Positions 10,643 through 22,191 of a stretch of 64,000 nucleotides of DNA are shown piece by piece. The notes beneath the pieces are model-generated. The model was not told the DNA's origin, searched no databases, and saw only the letters and a list, made by a program, of their open reading frames with translations. The DNA is taken from positions 33,785 to 97,784 of the forward strand of contig DYFC01000010.1 of the NCBI GenBank assembly GCA_020725385.1, in the 5' to 3' direction. Positions within the stretch are counted from its first letter, which is position 1, and the number at the start of each line of letters is the position of its first letter. Both the position numbers and the translations under genes were made by a program. This DNA is from Nitrospira japonica (lineage in GTDB: Bacteria > Nitrospirota > Thermodesulfovibrionia > Thermodesulfovibrionales > SM23-35).

Positions 10643-11947
10643 TTATTCTGTTCTCTCACTTTCGTTTTTAATTATTTCCAACTTAACTTTTGATATTCTT
10701 TTTCCAACCATCTCGGAAACTGTGAGCTTTTTGTTATCTATTTCAATAAAATCACCTACAACAGGTATTTTCTGAAATTCTAATAAAAGAAATCCGCTTA
10801 ATGTTTCATAATCAGGAGATTCAGGAAGTTCAATTGAGTAATCTTCTTTTAAATCCCTGATGCTTATTGAGGCATCGATTAAATAACTGTTTTCGCCTAA
10901 ATTAATAACAGGACTTTCAGTATCATATTCATCTCTAATTTCCCCGACTATCTCTTCCAGAAGGTCTTCCATTGTGACAAGCCCTGAAACCGAGCCATAT
11001 TCATCTATTACCAGTGCCATATGTATTCTTTTCTTCTGCATTTCTTTTAGAAGCTTGCTTATTTTCATTGTCTCAGGGATAAAGAAAGGCGGTTTTATTA
11101 GTTTTCTTATATCAGAAATGCCTTTTGGTAAAGCATTCAAGAAATCTTTTGCATAAAGTATTCCTCTAATATCGTTTATATCTCTGCCAATGACAGGATA
11201 ACGGGAGAATTGTTCTTCGCTTATTATTTGCTGTATCTCATTAATAGGCATATTTATTCCAATTGTAACCATCTGTGTTGCCGGTGACATAACCTCTTTT
11301 GCAGACATATCCGTAAACTCAAAAACACTGTGGATTAATTCCTGTTCCGTTGGTTCAAAAACACCCTGTTCTCCTCCCTCGATAATGAGCATTTTTACTT
11401 CTTCTTCTGATATGAAAGCTCTGTCAGAATATCTTTTTCCACCGAAAGGTTTAAGGAGAATGTTTGTGCTTGCTGTTAGAACTTTTACAAGTATTACAGC
11501 AATCTTTGAAAAAGCATCAACAACCGGAGCGGTTCTAAGTCCTATTCCTTCAGGATTATTCAGGGCAAGTGACTTTGGTACAAGCTCTCCAAAAATAAGG
11601 CTGAAATAAGTGATACTGACTGTAACAATTCCTATTGCTATTGCTTCGCTTGAAACAGAAATTAACGGCACATCTATACGTTTTATAGCAGGCTTTATTA
11701 TTTGAATAGCTGCTGCGCCACCGAGTGCCGCAGCAAGAACACCAACAAATGTAATTGCTATTTGTATTGTTGCGAGAAATTTATCAGGATTTTCTTTGAA
11801 TCTTCTCAGGATTTCAGCAGTTCTATTGCCCTCTTCAATAAGCTGCTTTATACGGCTTTTTCTTATTGAAACAACAGCTATTTCAGCAGCAGCAAAGAAA
11901 CCGTTTAAAAATATAAAAATAGCTATAAGTGCGATATCAGACCACAT
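10643..11947 (-). CDS. Hemolysin/CNNM-family (HlyC/CorC) membrane protein with CBS pair
   Basis: NGFFAAAEIA, FGELVPK and DEYG...TMEDLLEEIVGEI.DEYD motifs. Confidence 0.93.
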   Translation of the reverse strand: MWSDIALIAIFIFLNGFFAAAEIAVVSIRKSRIKQLIEEGNRTAEILRRFKENPDKFLATIQIAITFVGVLAAALGGAAAIQIIKPAIKRIDVPLISVSSEAIAIGIVTVSITYFSLIFGELVPKSLALNNPEGIGLRTAPVVDAFSKIAVILVKVLTASTNILLKPFGGKRYSDRAFISEEEVKMLIIEGGEQGVFEPTEQELIHSVFEFTDMSAKEVMSPATQMVTIGINMPINEIQQIISEEQFSRYPVIGRDINDIRGILYAKDFLNALPKGISDIRKLIKPPFFIPETMKISKLLKEMQKKRIHMALVIDEYGSVSGLVTMEDLLEEIVGEIRDEYDTESPVINLGENSYLIDASISIRDLKEDYSIELPESPDYETLSGFLLLEFQKIPVVGDFIEIDNKKLTVSEMVGKRISKVKLEIIKNESERTE

Positions 11948-12059
11948 ATTCAAGCACCTTCAAAATTTTAAATTCCATCGACTCTTAATTGTGTTTGAGC
12001 TTGAATTTGTAGCCTGTATATGTTTTCCTTTTCTTTTGTACTTCCAATCTCCATATAAA

Positions 12060-13136
12060 TTATTTCATGCTATTAATAATCGCATCTGCAAATTGTGATG
12101 TTCCAACAGCGGTAGGATCATCGGGATAAGGCTTAAGATCATATGTTACATTTTTGCCTTCTGATATAACATCTGAAATAGCTTTTTCAAGTCTTTCAGC
12201 AGCGCTTATTTCTCCAATATGTCTCAGCATCATAACTCCTGACAATATCATAGCAAGGGGATTAACTTTGTTCAAGCCCTTATATTTTGGAGCGCTTCCA
12301 TGCACAGGCTCAAAAACAGCATATTCTTCTCCAAGATTTGCTCCGGGAGCAATGCCCAGACCACCTATAAGCCCTGCAGCGAGATCTGATACAATATCAC
12401 CATAAAGGTTTGGTAAAACAAGCACATCATAGAGTTCAGGCTTCTGCACAAGCTGCATACACATATTATCAACTATTCTGTCTTCAAATTCTATATCAGG
12501 ATAATTTAGAGCCACATTACGGGCTGTCTCAAGAAAAAGCCCGTCCGAATATTTCATAATATTTGCCTTGTGAACAGCCGTAACTTTTCTCCTTTTATTC
12601 TTTCTTGCATATTCAAAAGCAAATCGGACAATTCTCTCGGTACCGAATACTGAAATAGGCTTGATACTAATACCTGAATCACTTCTAATTGTTTTACCTG
12701 TTAGTTTTTTAATTAATTCGATCAACTGTTTTGAGCCTTCAGAATCTTTCTCAAATTCTATTCCAGCGTATAAATCTTCGGTATTTTCCCTGACTATTAC
12801 AATATCTACATTTTCATATCTTGTTCTTACACCTTTGAAAATCCTTGAAGGTCTTAGATTGCAGTACAGATCGAGCGTTTGTCTAAGTGTAACATTAACA
12901 CTTCTGAATCCTGTGCCAACAGGAGTTGTAACAGGACCTTTAAGCGCAACTTTATTTCTCTTAATTGAATCAATTACTCTTTGTGGCAATGGAGTTCCTT
13001 CTTTTTCATATACATCTATTCCTGCTTCCTGAATGTCCCAATTTATAGATACACCTGTAGCTTCTAAAACTTTTTTTGTAGCCTCTGTTATTTCAGGTCC
13101 GGTTCCATCTCCTGGAATTAAAGTGATATTGTACAT
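12060..13136 (-). CDS. icd: Isocitrate/isopropylmalate dehydrogenase family, probably isocitrate dehydrogenase
   Basis: [45 protein letters not shown]. Confidence 0.8.
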   Translation of the reverse strand: MYNITLIPGDGTGPEITEATKKVLEATGVSINWDIQEAGIDVYEKEGTPLPQRVIDSIKRNKVALKGPVTTPVGTGFRSVNVTLRQTLDLYCNLRPSRIFKGVRTRYENVDIVIVRENTEDLYAGIEFEKDSEGSKQLIELIKKLTGKTIRSDSGISIKPISVFGTERIVRFAFEYARKNKRRKVTAVHKANIMKYSDGLFLETARNVALNYPDIEFEDRIVDNMCMQLVQKPELYDVLVLPNLYGDIVSDLAAGLIGGLGIAPGANLGEEYAVFEPVHGSAPKYKGLNKVNPLAMILSGVMMLRHIGEISAAERLEKAISDVISEGKNVTYDLKPYPDDPTAVGTSQFADAIINSMK

Positions 13137-13172
13137 GGTATCTCCAATCGTTTAAATTTGAGTTTTGTCTTA

Positions 13173-14408
13173 TTAAGGGTTAACTGTTAGGATTTTTTGC
13201 ACCTGTTCGGGATAAGTTGCAACAAGTTTCAGTTCATCGTCTGTTAAAGGTTTTTGAGTATGCAAATTAGCATATTGAACAAGTTCAAGAACCCTTCTTG
13301 CTTCATTGTCATTATTAAAATGGATGCCCAGTTTGTCATATACATGTCTGAAGCCTTTGATGCCGCCATATTCTCCTGTTGTTATTATTCTGCCGGTTTC
13401 TGCAAGTTCAGGCTCGCCTCTGCCAACGTCTTCAGGATCGTAAAGTTCATAATTTCTTCTGTCTTTTAGAGCGCCGTCAGCATGTATTCCTGATTCATGT
13501 GCAAAAGCATTCGCTCCTATGCCGGGTTGATTTATCGGTATTGGTATATTAAAAGCATATGAAGCGTATCTGCCTATCTTCCATGCTTTTTTTAAGTCCA
13601 CATTCTCATCGAGAGGAAGCTTGTCTTTAAGACCCTGAGAAAATTTAAGCGCTAAAATAGTTGATACAAGATCACAGTTGCCGCAACGTTCTCCGTAACC
13701 ATTAATTGTGGTATTTATATATGCATCAACCCCTGCTTCAACAGAACCTTGGGCACCTGCAATTGATACAGCTTCTGCCATTCCAAGATCATTATGACAG
13801 TGCATCTCGATAGGAAATTTTGTTGCAAGGGCAAGAGCTTTTGTTCTTTCGTAAATTGTTATAGGGTCATCTGTTCCGAGTGTATCGCAATACCTGAAAC
13901 GGTCAGCACCGGCTTCTTTTCCTGCGAGTATAAACTCAATTAATCTGTCAAGCTCTGTTCTTGAAGCATCTTCTGCATTTATGCCTACAGTTTGCGCGCC
14001 AAGTTCTTTGGCAGTTCTTACTGCTTCTGAAAGAGATTTCACTATATCTTTAAATGATTTTCTGCCTTGAAATTTACCCTGTATCATAATCTCTGAAGTA
14101 GAAATAGAAATGTTTAGATGTTTCAACTCAGGACAATTTTTAAAACTTAATTTAACATCTTCAGGAATCGCCCTGCACCAGCCTTCAAGATGAATCCTTT
14201 TGAATACACCAAGCTTAAAAAGCTCGAGGTTTGCATTAATGTAATTAATCTCGTGTTTCAAAGTCGGGAACCCAATTTCTGTCTGGAATATTCCCATTTC
14301 ATCAAGGTAAATATTAAGCATTGTCTTTGAAAGTTTAGGCAGAAGTATCCTTGAAGTCTGAACCCCGTCTCTGTTTGTTACATCGATTAAATATACTTTT
14401 GCTTTCAT
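13173..14408 (-). CDS. LeuA/homocitrate-synthase family enzyme, probably Re-citrate synthase
   Basis: DVTNRDGVQ, HCHNDLG, GERCGN, HESGIH; no LeuA regulatory domain; directly upstream of icd. Confidence 0.7.
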   Translation of the reverse strand: MKAKVYLIDVTNRDGVQTSRILLPKLSKTMLNIYLDEMGIFQTEIGFPTLKHEINYINANLELFKLGVFKRIHLEGWCRAIPEDVKLSFKNCPELKHLNISISTSEIMIQGKFQGRKSFKDIVKSLSEAVRTAKELGAQTVGINAEDASRTELDRLIEFILAGKEAGADRFRYCDTLGTDDPITIYERTKALALATKFPIEMHCHNDLGMAEAVSIAGAQGSVEAGVDAYINTTINGYGERCGNCDLVSTILALKFSQGLKDKLPLDENVDLKKAWKIGRYASYAFNIPIPINQPGIGANAFAHESGIHADGALKDRRNYELYDPEDVGRGEPELAETGRIITTGEYGGIKGFRHVYDKLGIHFNNDNEARRVLELVQYANLHTQKPLTDDELKLVATYPEQVQKILTVNP

Positions 14409-14675
14409 TTTGTTTTCCTTTTAATAAAAATTATAACCTGTAAAAATACAGGCAGATAATCGGATAAATATTGTCATTCCTTTGATTGCCATACCATTAG
14501 AGGCTTTTCATTAGTAAAACAATTTTTTCACAGAATATTCGGATAAAATTTAACCTGATATGACTAATCAAAATTTAGCATTGATGAGGATTTTTAATTT
14601 GCATTTTTAAGCTCAACCTCAACATAATATTAATAACATAAATTAGCTAATATTACAATAAGTTAATTTTATTAG

Positions 14676-14812
14676 CAGCAATTCACGGTAAATTTTGAAA
14701 GCCTTAAGATTTCTCGCTTTGCTCGAAATGACAATGAAGAAGGTTCTTATTGTCATTCCGAAGGAGTATAAGCGGTTGAGGAATCTTACCTTTTTTTCAC
14801 CGAGAATTGTTG
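14676..14812 (+). mobile_element. ~136-bp MITE/REP-like element
   Basis: Terminal inverted repeats CAGCAATTCACGGT/ACCGAGAATTGTTG; internal AGATTTCTCG...AATGAC / GTCATTCCG...GGAATCT arms. Confidence 0.8.
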
Positions 14813-14908
14813 TAAATTAATTTTATTAGATTAATATCAAAACAATAAAGACTGGAAAAGACAGGAGCAGTTTGTTAAAATTAAAGCCAGTTTTACGGAG
14901 GTATAATT

Positions 14909-15649
14909 ATGAACTTTAAGAGTCAAGTTGCTGTTATAACAGGTGGAACACGCGGAATCGGGAAATCTATTGCCGAACATTTTGCGAAGAATGGTGCTGA
15001 TATTATTGTTTGTGGCAGAAATCCACAGGCTGCAATTGAAGCAGCAGAATCTCTATCATCTTTTGGTGTTAAAACCATTGGTTTAAGGCTTGATGTATCG
15101 AATTCTCAGGAAGTAAAGGAAACATTTGAAAAGATCATCTCTGAATTTAAAAAAATAGACATACTCGTTAATAATGCCGGAATTACAAAAGATGGACTTC
15201 TAATGCGAATGAGTGAAGAATCATGGGATTCGGTTCTCGATATAAATCTTAAAGGTTGCTTTTTATGTACGAAAGCTGTAATACCTGAGATGGCCCGTCA
15301 GAGATACGGAAGAATTATAAATATTACTTCGGTTGCCGGCTTTATGGGAAATCCGGGGCAGGCTAATTATAGTGCTTCTAAAGCAGGAATAGTAGGATTT
15401 ACTAAAACTGTTGCAAGAGAATACGCTTCAAGGGGAATAACAGTTAATGCTGTAGCTCCAGGTTTTATAGAAACTGCAATGACCGATGTTCTTAATGAAA
15501 AAATTAAAGAGGAAATGAAAAAACTTATTCCTTTGGGAAGATTCGGTAAGGTTGAAGATATTGCAAACGCAGTATTATTTCTTGCATTACCAGAATCCGG
15601 ATATATAACAGGACAAACCATTCATGTAAATGGCGGTATGTATATGTAA
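14909..15649 (+). CDS. fabG: 3-oxoacyl-ACP reductase
   Basis: TGGTRGIG, NNAG, YSASK; fab operon context. Confidence 0.96.
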   Translation: MNFKSQVAVITGGTRGIGKSIAEHFAKNGADIIVCGRNPQAAIEAAESLSSFGVKTIGLRLDVSNSQEVKETFEKIISEFKKIDILVNNAGITKDGLLMRMSEESWDSVLDINLKGCFLCTKAVIPEMARQRYGRIINITSVAGFMGNPGQANYSASKAGIVGFTKTVAREYASRGITVNAVAPGFIETAMTDVLNEKIKEEMKKLIPLGRFGKVEDIANAVLFLALPESGYITGQTIHVNGGMYM

Positions 15650-15791
15650 ACAAAATTAATGAAAAATTTAAAACATAAAAGTTATAATTTAAGTTCATAA
15701 GTCTGGCATAAACTGAAATAGTTGTTTTATGCCTTTACTTTTATGATGTTTTTTCTATTTTGAAATTTATTTTAATTTTGGAGGTGTCTTA

Positions 15792-16025
15792 ATGGTAGAA
15801 GAAAAGGTCAAAGAAATTATTTCTAAACAACTCGGGGTAAATCCTTCAGAGGTTGTACCCGAAGCTTCATTCGTTGAGGATCTCGGAGCAGATTCCCTCG
15901 ATACTGTAGAACTTGTCATGGCTTTTGAAGAAGCATTTGGCATTGAAATCCCGGATGAGGATGCAGAGAAGATTTCAAAGGTTAAGGATGCAATTGATTA
16001 TATTAACAATAAAAAAGCAGCTTAA
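15792..16025 (+). CDS. acpP: Acyl carrier protein
   Basis: [14 protein letters not shown]. Confidence 0.98.
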   Translation: MVEEKVKEIISKQLGVNPSEVVPEASFVEDLGADSLDTVELVMAFEEAFGIEIPDEDAEKISKVKDAIDYINNKKAA

Positions 16026-16030
16026 TACTT

Positions 16031-17275
16031 ATGAATAAGAGAAGGGTTGTTGTAACCGGGCTCGGGATGATTACCCCGCTCGGTATAGGAGTTCAGAAAA
16101 GCTGGGAAAATCTTATAGCTGGCAAATCCGGCATCAGACGTATTACACAGTTTGATGCCTCGGCTTTTCCGACCCAGATCGCAGGCGAAGTAGAAGGATT
16201 TAATCCCGAAGACTACATTGAACCTAAAGAAATAAAAAAAATGGACCGTTTCATCCATTTTGCTATTGCAGCAGCTCAAATGGCTATGGATGATTCCGGT
16301 CTAAAGATAACTGAAGCCAATGCAGAAAGAACCGGAGTAATTGTAGGTTCGGGTATAGGTGGATTAAATTCAATTGAATATTACCATAATGTCTATCTTC
16401 AAAAGGGGCCCAGACGTATAACACCTTTTTTTATTCCAATGCTCGTAGTTAATCTTGCTTCGGGCCAAATTTCTATAAGATTCGGGGCCAAGGGTCCCAA
16501 TTCTGCTGTTGTTACAGCCTGTGCCACAGGGAGCCATGCAATAGGTGATGCTTTTAAGATAATCCAGAGGGACGATGCTGACATTATGATTGCAGGTGGC
16601 TCTGAATCGGTAATAACACCTCTGGCTATAGGTGGATTTAATGCTATGAAAGCATTATCAACAAGAAACAATGAACCTGAAAAAGCAAGCAGGCCTTTTG
16701 ATATTGACAGGGATGGTTTTGTAATGGGAGAAGGCGCTGGAATAATTATTCTTGAAAGCCTTGAATCTGCTCTTAACAGAGGAGCACATATATATGCCGA
16801 AATAGCCGGTTATGGCATGTCATCAGATGCCTATCATATTACAGCACCGTCGCCTACCGGAGAAGGTGCTGTAAGATGCATGAGAATGGCTATCAAAGAT
16901 GCAGGGGTTGAGCCTTCGGATGTCAATTATATTAATGCACATGGCACATCCACAAAATACGGAGATGAAATTGAGACAAATGCTATAAAAACACTTTTTG
17001 GAGAACATGCATATAAAATACCCGTAAGTTCTACAAAATCAATGACAGGTCATCTACTTGGAGCTGCAGGAGGTGTTGAGTCAGTAATATCAATACTTTG
17101 TATTAATAAAAGTATAATCCCTCCAACTATAAATCTAACAAACCCTGATCCTGAATGCGATCTCGATTATGTTCCCAATACTGCAAGAAAGACTAACGTA
17201 AATTGCTGCCTTTCAAATTCTTTTGGTTTTGGTGGAACAAACGCCTGTCTTCTCTTTAAAAAATATACCCCCTAA
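16031..17275 (+). CDS. fabF: Beta-ketoacyl-ACP synthase II
   Basis: TACAT, NAHGTST, GHLLGA, NSFGFGG. Confidence 0.97.
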   Translation: MNKRRVVVTGLGMITPLGIGVQKSWENLIAGKSGIRRITQFDASAFPTQIAGEVEGFNPEDYIEPKEIKKMDRFIHFAIAAAQMAMDDSGLKITEANAERTGVIVGSGIGGLNSIEYYHNVYLQKGPRRITPFFIPMLVVNLASGQISIRFGAKGPNSAVVTACATGSHAIGDAFKIIQRDDADIMIAGGSESVITPLAIGGFNAMKALSTRNNEPEKASRPFDIDRDGFVMGEGAGIIILESLESALNRGAHIYAEIAGYGMSSDAYHITAPSPTGEGAVRCMRMAIKDAGVEPSDVNYINAHGTSTKYGDEIETNAIKTLFGEHAYKIPVSSTKSMTGHLLGAAGGVESVISILCINKSIIPPTINLTNPDPECDLDYVPNTARKTNVNCCLSNSFGFGGTNACLLFKKYTP

Positions 17276-17283
17276 ATTTAAAC

Positions 17284-17976
17284 ATGCATTGTGAAGACTT
17301 AACAGAACTCGAAAATAATCTGGGCTATACTTTTAAAAATAAAGAAATTCTCAAAGAAGCACTAACACACAGATCATATTTTCATGAATACCCTAAGGAT
17401 TCAACCGGATATAATGAAAGACTGGAATTTCTCGGTGATTCGGTTCTTGGTTTTATAATTGTTGAATATCTTTTTTCCCTCCCCGAAAAGTTTCTTGAGT
17501 CAACAATGGCAAAAACTAAATCATATGTCGCAAAAGAAGCTGTTTTATTTGAAGTTGCAAATTCCATATCACTCGGCAAATTTCTCAGACTCGGCAAAGG
17601 TGAAGAGTTAACCGGTGGAAGAACAAAAAAATCCCTTCTCGCAGATGCTTTTGAGGCTCTTCTTGGAGCTGTCTTCCTTGACGGAGGGTTAGAGCCGGCA
17701 AAAGTTATTGTTATGAAACTGTTCAAAGAAAAAATTGATAAGATTATAACATCAGGTGATTTCCATGATGCCAAGACAGATTTACAGGAAAAATCACAGA
17801 TGCTATATAATTCAATTCCCGAGTATAAACTCGTTAAACAGGAAGGTGAAGAGCATAGCAAAGTATTTACCGTTGAAGTTTATATTAATGGAGAAAGGTT
17901 AGGATACGGCGTAGGGAAAAGCAAAAAAGAGGCTGAGACTAATGCTGCTAAAGAAGCATTAAAGAAACTGCATTAA
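17284..17976 (+). CDS. rnc: Ribonuclease III
   Basis: NERLEFLGDSVL signature plus dsRBD. Confidence 0.97.
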   Translation: MHCEDLTELENNLGYTFKNKEILKEALTHRSYFHEYPKDSTGYNERLEFLGDSVLGFIIVEYLFSLPEKFLESTMAKTKSYVAKEAVLFEVANSISLGKFLRLGKGEELTGGRTKKSLLADAFEALLGAVFLDGGLEPAKVIVMKLFKEKIDKIITSGDFHDAKTDLQEKSQMLYNSIPEYKLVKQEGEEHSKVFTVEVYINGERLGYGVGKSKKEAETNAAKEALKKLH

Positions 17977-18187
17977 AAAATTTGATGTTTATTTTTCTTT
18001 TTGCTACACTTTAAATATATATAATAGTTTAAATATTATTAAAAACATCTATGAGTAATTATGAGCCTATTAAAATATTACCTAAATAATACAGACATTG
18101 CGCAAAAGAACCGTTTCACATGTCTGTTCATCTTGTCCGTATTTAGAAGAACGAACACAGCTAACGGACACGATACAAAGTTTTAGC

Positions 18188-18276
18188 GTCATTCCCCGAC
18201 TCGATCGGGAAATCCAGTTTTAAAGTTCCTGGATTCCGTCCTCTGACTTGCTTAGAGGATTAAATCGGGCAATGAC
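18188..18276. repeat. REP-like palindromic element (GTCATTCCC...ATCCAG / CTGGATT...AATGAC)
   Basis: Paired inverted arms upstream of the copper operon. Confidence 0.7.
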
Positions 18277-18329
18277 AGAAAAATGAACATGTTTTGACAA
18301 CACTTTAATAGATAAAAGGAGGTGATTAA

Positions 18330-18497
18330 ATGGTAAAAGATCCTGTATGCAATATGGATATAGATGAGAAAAAAGCGGCTGCAATAAGCAATTACAAAGG
18401 GAAAACGTATTATTTTTGTTCAAAGGTATGCAAAGAAAAATTTGATAAAGAACCTGAAAAGTATCTGAAAGAAAGTTCCGAAAGTATTAAGTCATAA
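18330..18497 (+). CDS. Stand-alone YHS-domain protein, 55 aa (probable copper chaperone)
   Basis: MVKDPVCNM...YKGKTYYFCSKVCKEKFDKEPEKYL after an AGGAGGT RBS; below the ORF-track length cutoff. Confidence 0.88.
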   Translation: MVKDPVCNMDIDEKKAAAISNYKGKTYYFCSKVCKEKFDKEPEKYLKESSESIKS

Positions 18498-18585
18498 ATT
18501 TAAGGAGGTGAAAATTATAGTAAAAGTATAAAGTTTGAGAATTACTAAACATACAAAATCTTAAACAATAAAAATGGAGGACATA

Positions 18586-19011
18586 ATGAAAAAATTAATA
18601 GTTACATTAATTATAGTCTTAGCATTTAGTCTTACAGCTTTTGCACAGATGGGTATGATGGGTCAGGGCATGAAAACAGGTGAAACCCAACAAATGCCAA
18701 TGATGCAATGTCCAAAAATGCAAATGATGCAGGGCCAGGGAATGATGCAAGGGCAACAGATGCAGGCAATGCATTGTCAGGAAATGATGCAGATTATTAC
18801 CAATTTAATTACTATGCAGGAAAAAATTGTTTCAGGAGTAAAACCTGAAGAAAAAGACAAGATGTTGCAGGAAATGAAGGAAATGAAAGATAAATTACAA
18901 AATATGGCTAATACTTGCAAATGTATGATGATGCAACCAACTGCTCCTCAGTCTCCTGCTACTGAAGCACCAGTTCCACAGACGCCGCCTCCTTCGGAAC
19001 ACAAACACTAA
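18586..19011 (+). CDS. Exported Met/Gln-rich protein, possibly Cu(I)-binding
   Basis: Signal peptide ending AFA, Met-rich body, C-terminal EHKH; located in the copper ATPase operon. Confidence 0.65.
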   Translation: MKKLIVTLIIVLAFSLTAFAQMGMMGQGMKTGETQQMPMMQCPKMQMMQGQGMMQGQQMQAMHCQEMMQIITNLITMQEKIVSGVKPEEKDKMLQEMKEMKDKLQNMANTCKCMMMQPTAPQSPATEAPVPQTPPPSEHKH

Positions 19012-19026
19012 GTTTTTTGGAATTTT

Positions 19027-21681
19027 ATGCAAGTTATTGACCCTGTATGTAAGATGATAATTGAAGATTCTGAAGCAGCGGGTAATACTGTTTATAACGG
19101 TAAGACTTATTATTTTTGCAATCCTATATGTAAAGAAAAATTTGATAAAAACCCGGAAGATTATCTCAAAGAAGAAGATACAAACCAGAAAAAAATTCAA
19201 AGGTTCACCCCGATTTTAATGATTAAGAGTCCCTCTGAAACCACTCAAAAAGAAGAAATTAATATTAAAAAAGAGAAGGACCCAGTCTGCGGTATGACAG
19301 TCGATACAGATACAGACCTTAAATATGAATATAAAGGGAATACCTATTATTTTTGTTCTTCATATTGTCTTGATAAATTTAAAAATGAACCTGAAAAATA
19401 TTTAGAAACTAAAGAAGAAAAAATATATGACATACCAAAAGATACCTCTTCATGTTCAGGATATACATGTCCGATGCATCCTGAAATTAAAAAAGAAAAA
19501 ATGGGTTCATGTCCTGAATGTGGCATGGCATTGGAACCCATTTTAACCCCTTTAGAATATACAAAAACCGAATGGATTTGTCCCATGGATCCTGATGTGA
19601 TAAGTGATAAACCCGGTAGTTGCCCCAAATGCGGTATGGCATTAGAGCCAAGAATTGTAACTCTTGAGGAAAAAGAGAACCCCGAACTTGTTGACATGAG
19701 TAAACGTTTTAAGATTAGTTTAGCATTAACAATTCCTGTTGTCTTTATTGCAATGCACCATATGATACCGGGACTTTCACTTGAACACTTCATTAACACA
19801 GATCTACTAAGGATATTTGAGCTTGTTTTTACTACACCGGTTGTTTTATGGTGCGGCTTACCTTTTTTTATACGCGCATGGAATTCAATCATAAACCGCA
19901 GTCCTAATATGTTTACACTTATCGGTCTTGGAGTTGCAGTAGCTTATATCTACAGTCTGTTTGCTGTTTTATTCCCCTCAATCTTCCCCGAATCTTTTAT
20001 AGAATCAAATAGAAAAATCGGAGTTTATTTTGAAGCTTCAGCAGTAATTATAACTCTTGTTCTTCTTGGCCAGGTGCTTGAACTTAAAGCAAGAGGGAAG
20101 ACAGGTGCTGCTATAAGAGCTTTACTCGGGCTTGCTCCAAAAACTGCACGAAGAATTAACAAAGATGGTTCTGAAGAAGATGTACAAATAGATATGGTCA
20201 AACCCGGCGACATTTTACACATCAGACCCGGCGAAAAAATTCCTGTTGATGGAATAGTCATTGAAGGAACAAGTTCAATTGATGAATCAATGATTACAGG
20301 TGAACCAGTCCCTGTTGAGAAACAACCGGGCGATAAAGTTATTGGAGCAACTATAAATACTACCGGTACACTTCTAATAAAAACCGAAAAAGTAGGCTCT
20401 GATACTTTGCTGTCACAAATTGTCCATATGGTATCAGAAGCTCAAAGAAGCAGGGCTCCAATTCAAAAACTTGCAGATATAGTAGCAGGGTATTTTGTAT
20501 ATATTGTAATTTCAGTTGCTTTTATTACTTTTATAATCTGGTCCCTACGGGGACCGGAGCCCCGTTTCGCTTATGCTATTATCAATTCGGTAGCTGTTTT
20601 GATAATAGCATGCCCCTGTGCTCTTGGATTAGCAACTCCAATGTCAATAATGGTTGCTATGGGTAAAGGTGCAACAGCAGGGGTACTCTTCAAAAATGCC
20701 GAGTCCATAGAAATAATGAGAAAAGTGAATATATTGGTTACCGATAAAACAGGCACTCTTACAGTAGGGAAACCTGAACTCGTTAAAATAATTCCGCTTC
20801 AGGGATGGGATGAAAATAAAGTGCTTTATTATTCAGCAAGTCTTGCAAAAGGCAGCGAACATCCATTGTCAAATGCAATAGTCATTGAAGCTGAAAAAAG
20901 ACAGATTCAACTCACAAAATCTGATTCGTTCAAATCTATTACTGGCAAGGGGATAACAGGCCGGATTGAAGGATATTCAGTTGCTCTCGGGAATATGAGT
21001 TTATTGAACGAAATTGGTATTAATTCGCAAGAATATTTAGAAAAAGCAGAGCAAATGAGATTGGAAGGAATAACAGTTATGTTTCTTGTCTGTGATAACA
21101 AAATCTCGGGGCTTATCGGAACTTCCGATACTTTAAAGCAAACTTCTAAACCAGCGATTGAGCAACTTCACAGAGAAGGAATCAAAGTTATAATGCTTAC
21201 AGGAGATAGCCGTACTACTGCTGAAGCAGTTGCAAAGAAACTTAATATAGATGAAGTTATTGCAGAAGTTTTACCCGAACAAAAAGTTATGGAAATAAAA
21301 AAATTGCAGGATAGAGGTTTTATAGTAGCAATGGCCGGTGACGGCATAAATGACGCTCCGGCCCTCGCTCAAGCACATGTTGGAATTGCAATGGGAACAG
21401 GAACAGATGTGGCTATGGAAAGTTCTCACATAACCCTCGTAAAAGGTGATTTGGGTGGTATATTAAGAGCGAGACTCCTGAGCAAAGCAACCATGAAAAA
21501 TATTAAACAAAACCTTTTCTGGGCATTTATTTACAATACAATAGGGGTTCCGGTTGCAGCGGGTATTCTTTATCCATTTTTTGGAATTCTCCTTAGTCCG
21601 ATGATTGCTGCTGCTGCAATGAGCTTTAGTTCTGTTTCGGTTATAGGAAACGCATTACGTCTGAGAAGTATTAAATTATAA
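19027..21681 (+). CDS. copA: Copper-translocating P1B-type ATPase with two YHS and two CPM(H/D)P domains
   Basis: [29 protein letters not shown]...MSFSS. Confidence 0.93.
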   Translation: MQVIDPVCKMIIEDSEAAGNTVYNGKTYYFCNPICKEKFDKNPEDYLKEEDTNQKKIQRFTPILMIKSPSETTQKEEINIKKEKDPVCGMTVDTDTDLKYEYKGNTYYFCSSYCLDKFKNEPEKYLETKEEKIYDIPKDTSSCSGYTCPMHPEIKKEKMGSCPECGMALEPILTPLEYTKTEWICPMDPDVISDKPGSCPKCGMALEPRIVTLEEKENPELVDMSKRFKISLALTIPVVFIAMHHMIPGLSLEHFINTDLLRIFELVFTTPVVLWCGLPFFIRAWNSIINRSPNMFTLIGLGVAVAYIYSLFAVLFPSIFPESFIESNRKIGVYFEASAVIITLVLLGQVLELKARGKTGAAIRALLGLAPKTARRINKDGSEEDVQIDMVKPGDILHIRPGEKIPVDGIVIEGTSSIDESMITGEPVPVEKQPGDKVIGATINTTGTLLIKTEKVGSDTLLSQIVHMVSEAQRSRAPIQKLADIVAGYFVYIVISVAFITFIIWSLRGPEPRFAYAIINSVAVLIIACPCALGLATPMSIMVAMGKGATAGVLFKNAESIEIMRKVNILVTDKTGTLTVGKPELVKIIPLQGWDENKVLYYSASLAKGSEHPLSNAIVIEAEKRQIQLTKSDSFKSITGKGITGRIEGYSVALGNMSLLNEIGINSQEYLEKAEQMRLEGITVMFLVCDNKISGLIGTSDTLKQTSKPAIEQLHREGIKVIMLTGDSRTTAEAVAKKLNIDEVIAEVLPEQKVMEIKKLQDRGFIVAMAGDGINDAPALAQAHVGIAMGTGTDVAMESSHITLVKGDLGGILRARLLSKATMKNIKQNLFWAFIYNTIGVPVAAGILYPFFGILLSPMIAAAAMSFSSVSVIGNALRLRSIKL

Positions 21682-21694
21682 ATAAAATAAAAAA

Positions 21695-22150
21695 CTATTT
21701 GTGTTCAAAAAGAGTTTTTACTTCATTCATTAGTTCATTAATATCTTTAAAAGAACGGTAAACAGAGGCGAATCTTACATATGCTACCTTGTCAAGTTCT
21801 TTAAGAGATGACATTACTTCCTCTCCTATCCATGAACTTTGAATTTCTTTTACACCAAGTCCGATAAGTTTTTTTTCAATTGAATCGGTGATATTCTCAA
21901 GAGTTTCCATTCCTATAGGTCTTTTTTCGCAAGCTTTTTTAAGACCTGTTAAAACTTTATCCCTATCAAATGGTTCCCTGCGTCCATCTTTTTTAATAAC
22001 CATAGGAATAATATCTTCAACGCGTTCGTATGAAGTGAATCGTTTGCCACATTTAAGACATTCCCTTCTGCGTCTTATAGCACTACCTTCCCTGCTTGTA
22101 CGGGAATCAATTACTTTATCCTCAATATTACCGCAGAATGGACATTTCAT
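21695..22150 (-). CDS. nrdR: Transcriptional repressor NrdR
   Basis: MKCPFC...[12 protein letters not shown] cone, YVRFASVY. Confidence 0.97.
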   Translation of the reverse strand: MKCPFCGNIEDKVIDSRTSREGSAIRRRRECLKCGKRFTSYERVEDIIPMVIKKDGRREPFDRDKVLTGLKKACEKRPIGMETLENITDSIEKKLIGLGVKEIQSSWIGEEVMSSLKELDKVAYVRFASVYRSFKDINELMNEVKTLFEHK

Positions 22151-22191
22151 AAAATTATTAAATTTAAATTCAGACTTCTATATTTTGAATT

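Noticed and set aside
11968-12054. 28-codon minus-strand ORF between icd and the hemolysin-family gene
   Set aside because: No recognisable motif or clear RBS; cannot be distinguished from chance.
15700-15735. Sigma-54 promoter upstream of acpP (TGGCAT...)
   Set aside because: No GC at the -12 position; the sequence is better explained as a GGCATAAA/TTTATGCC hairpin.
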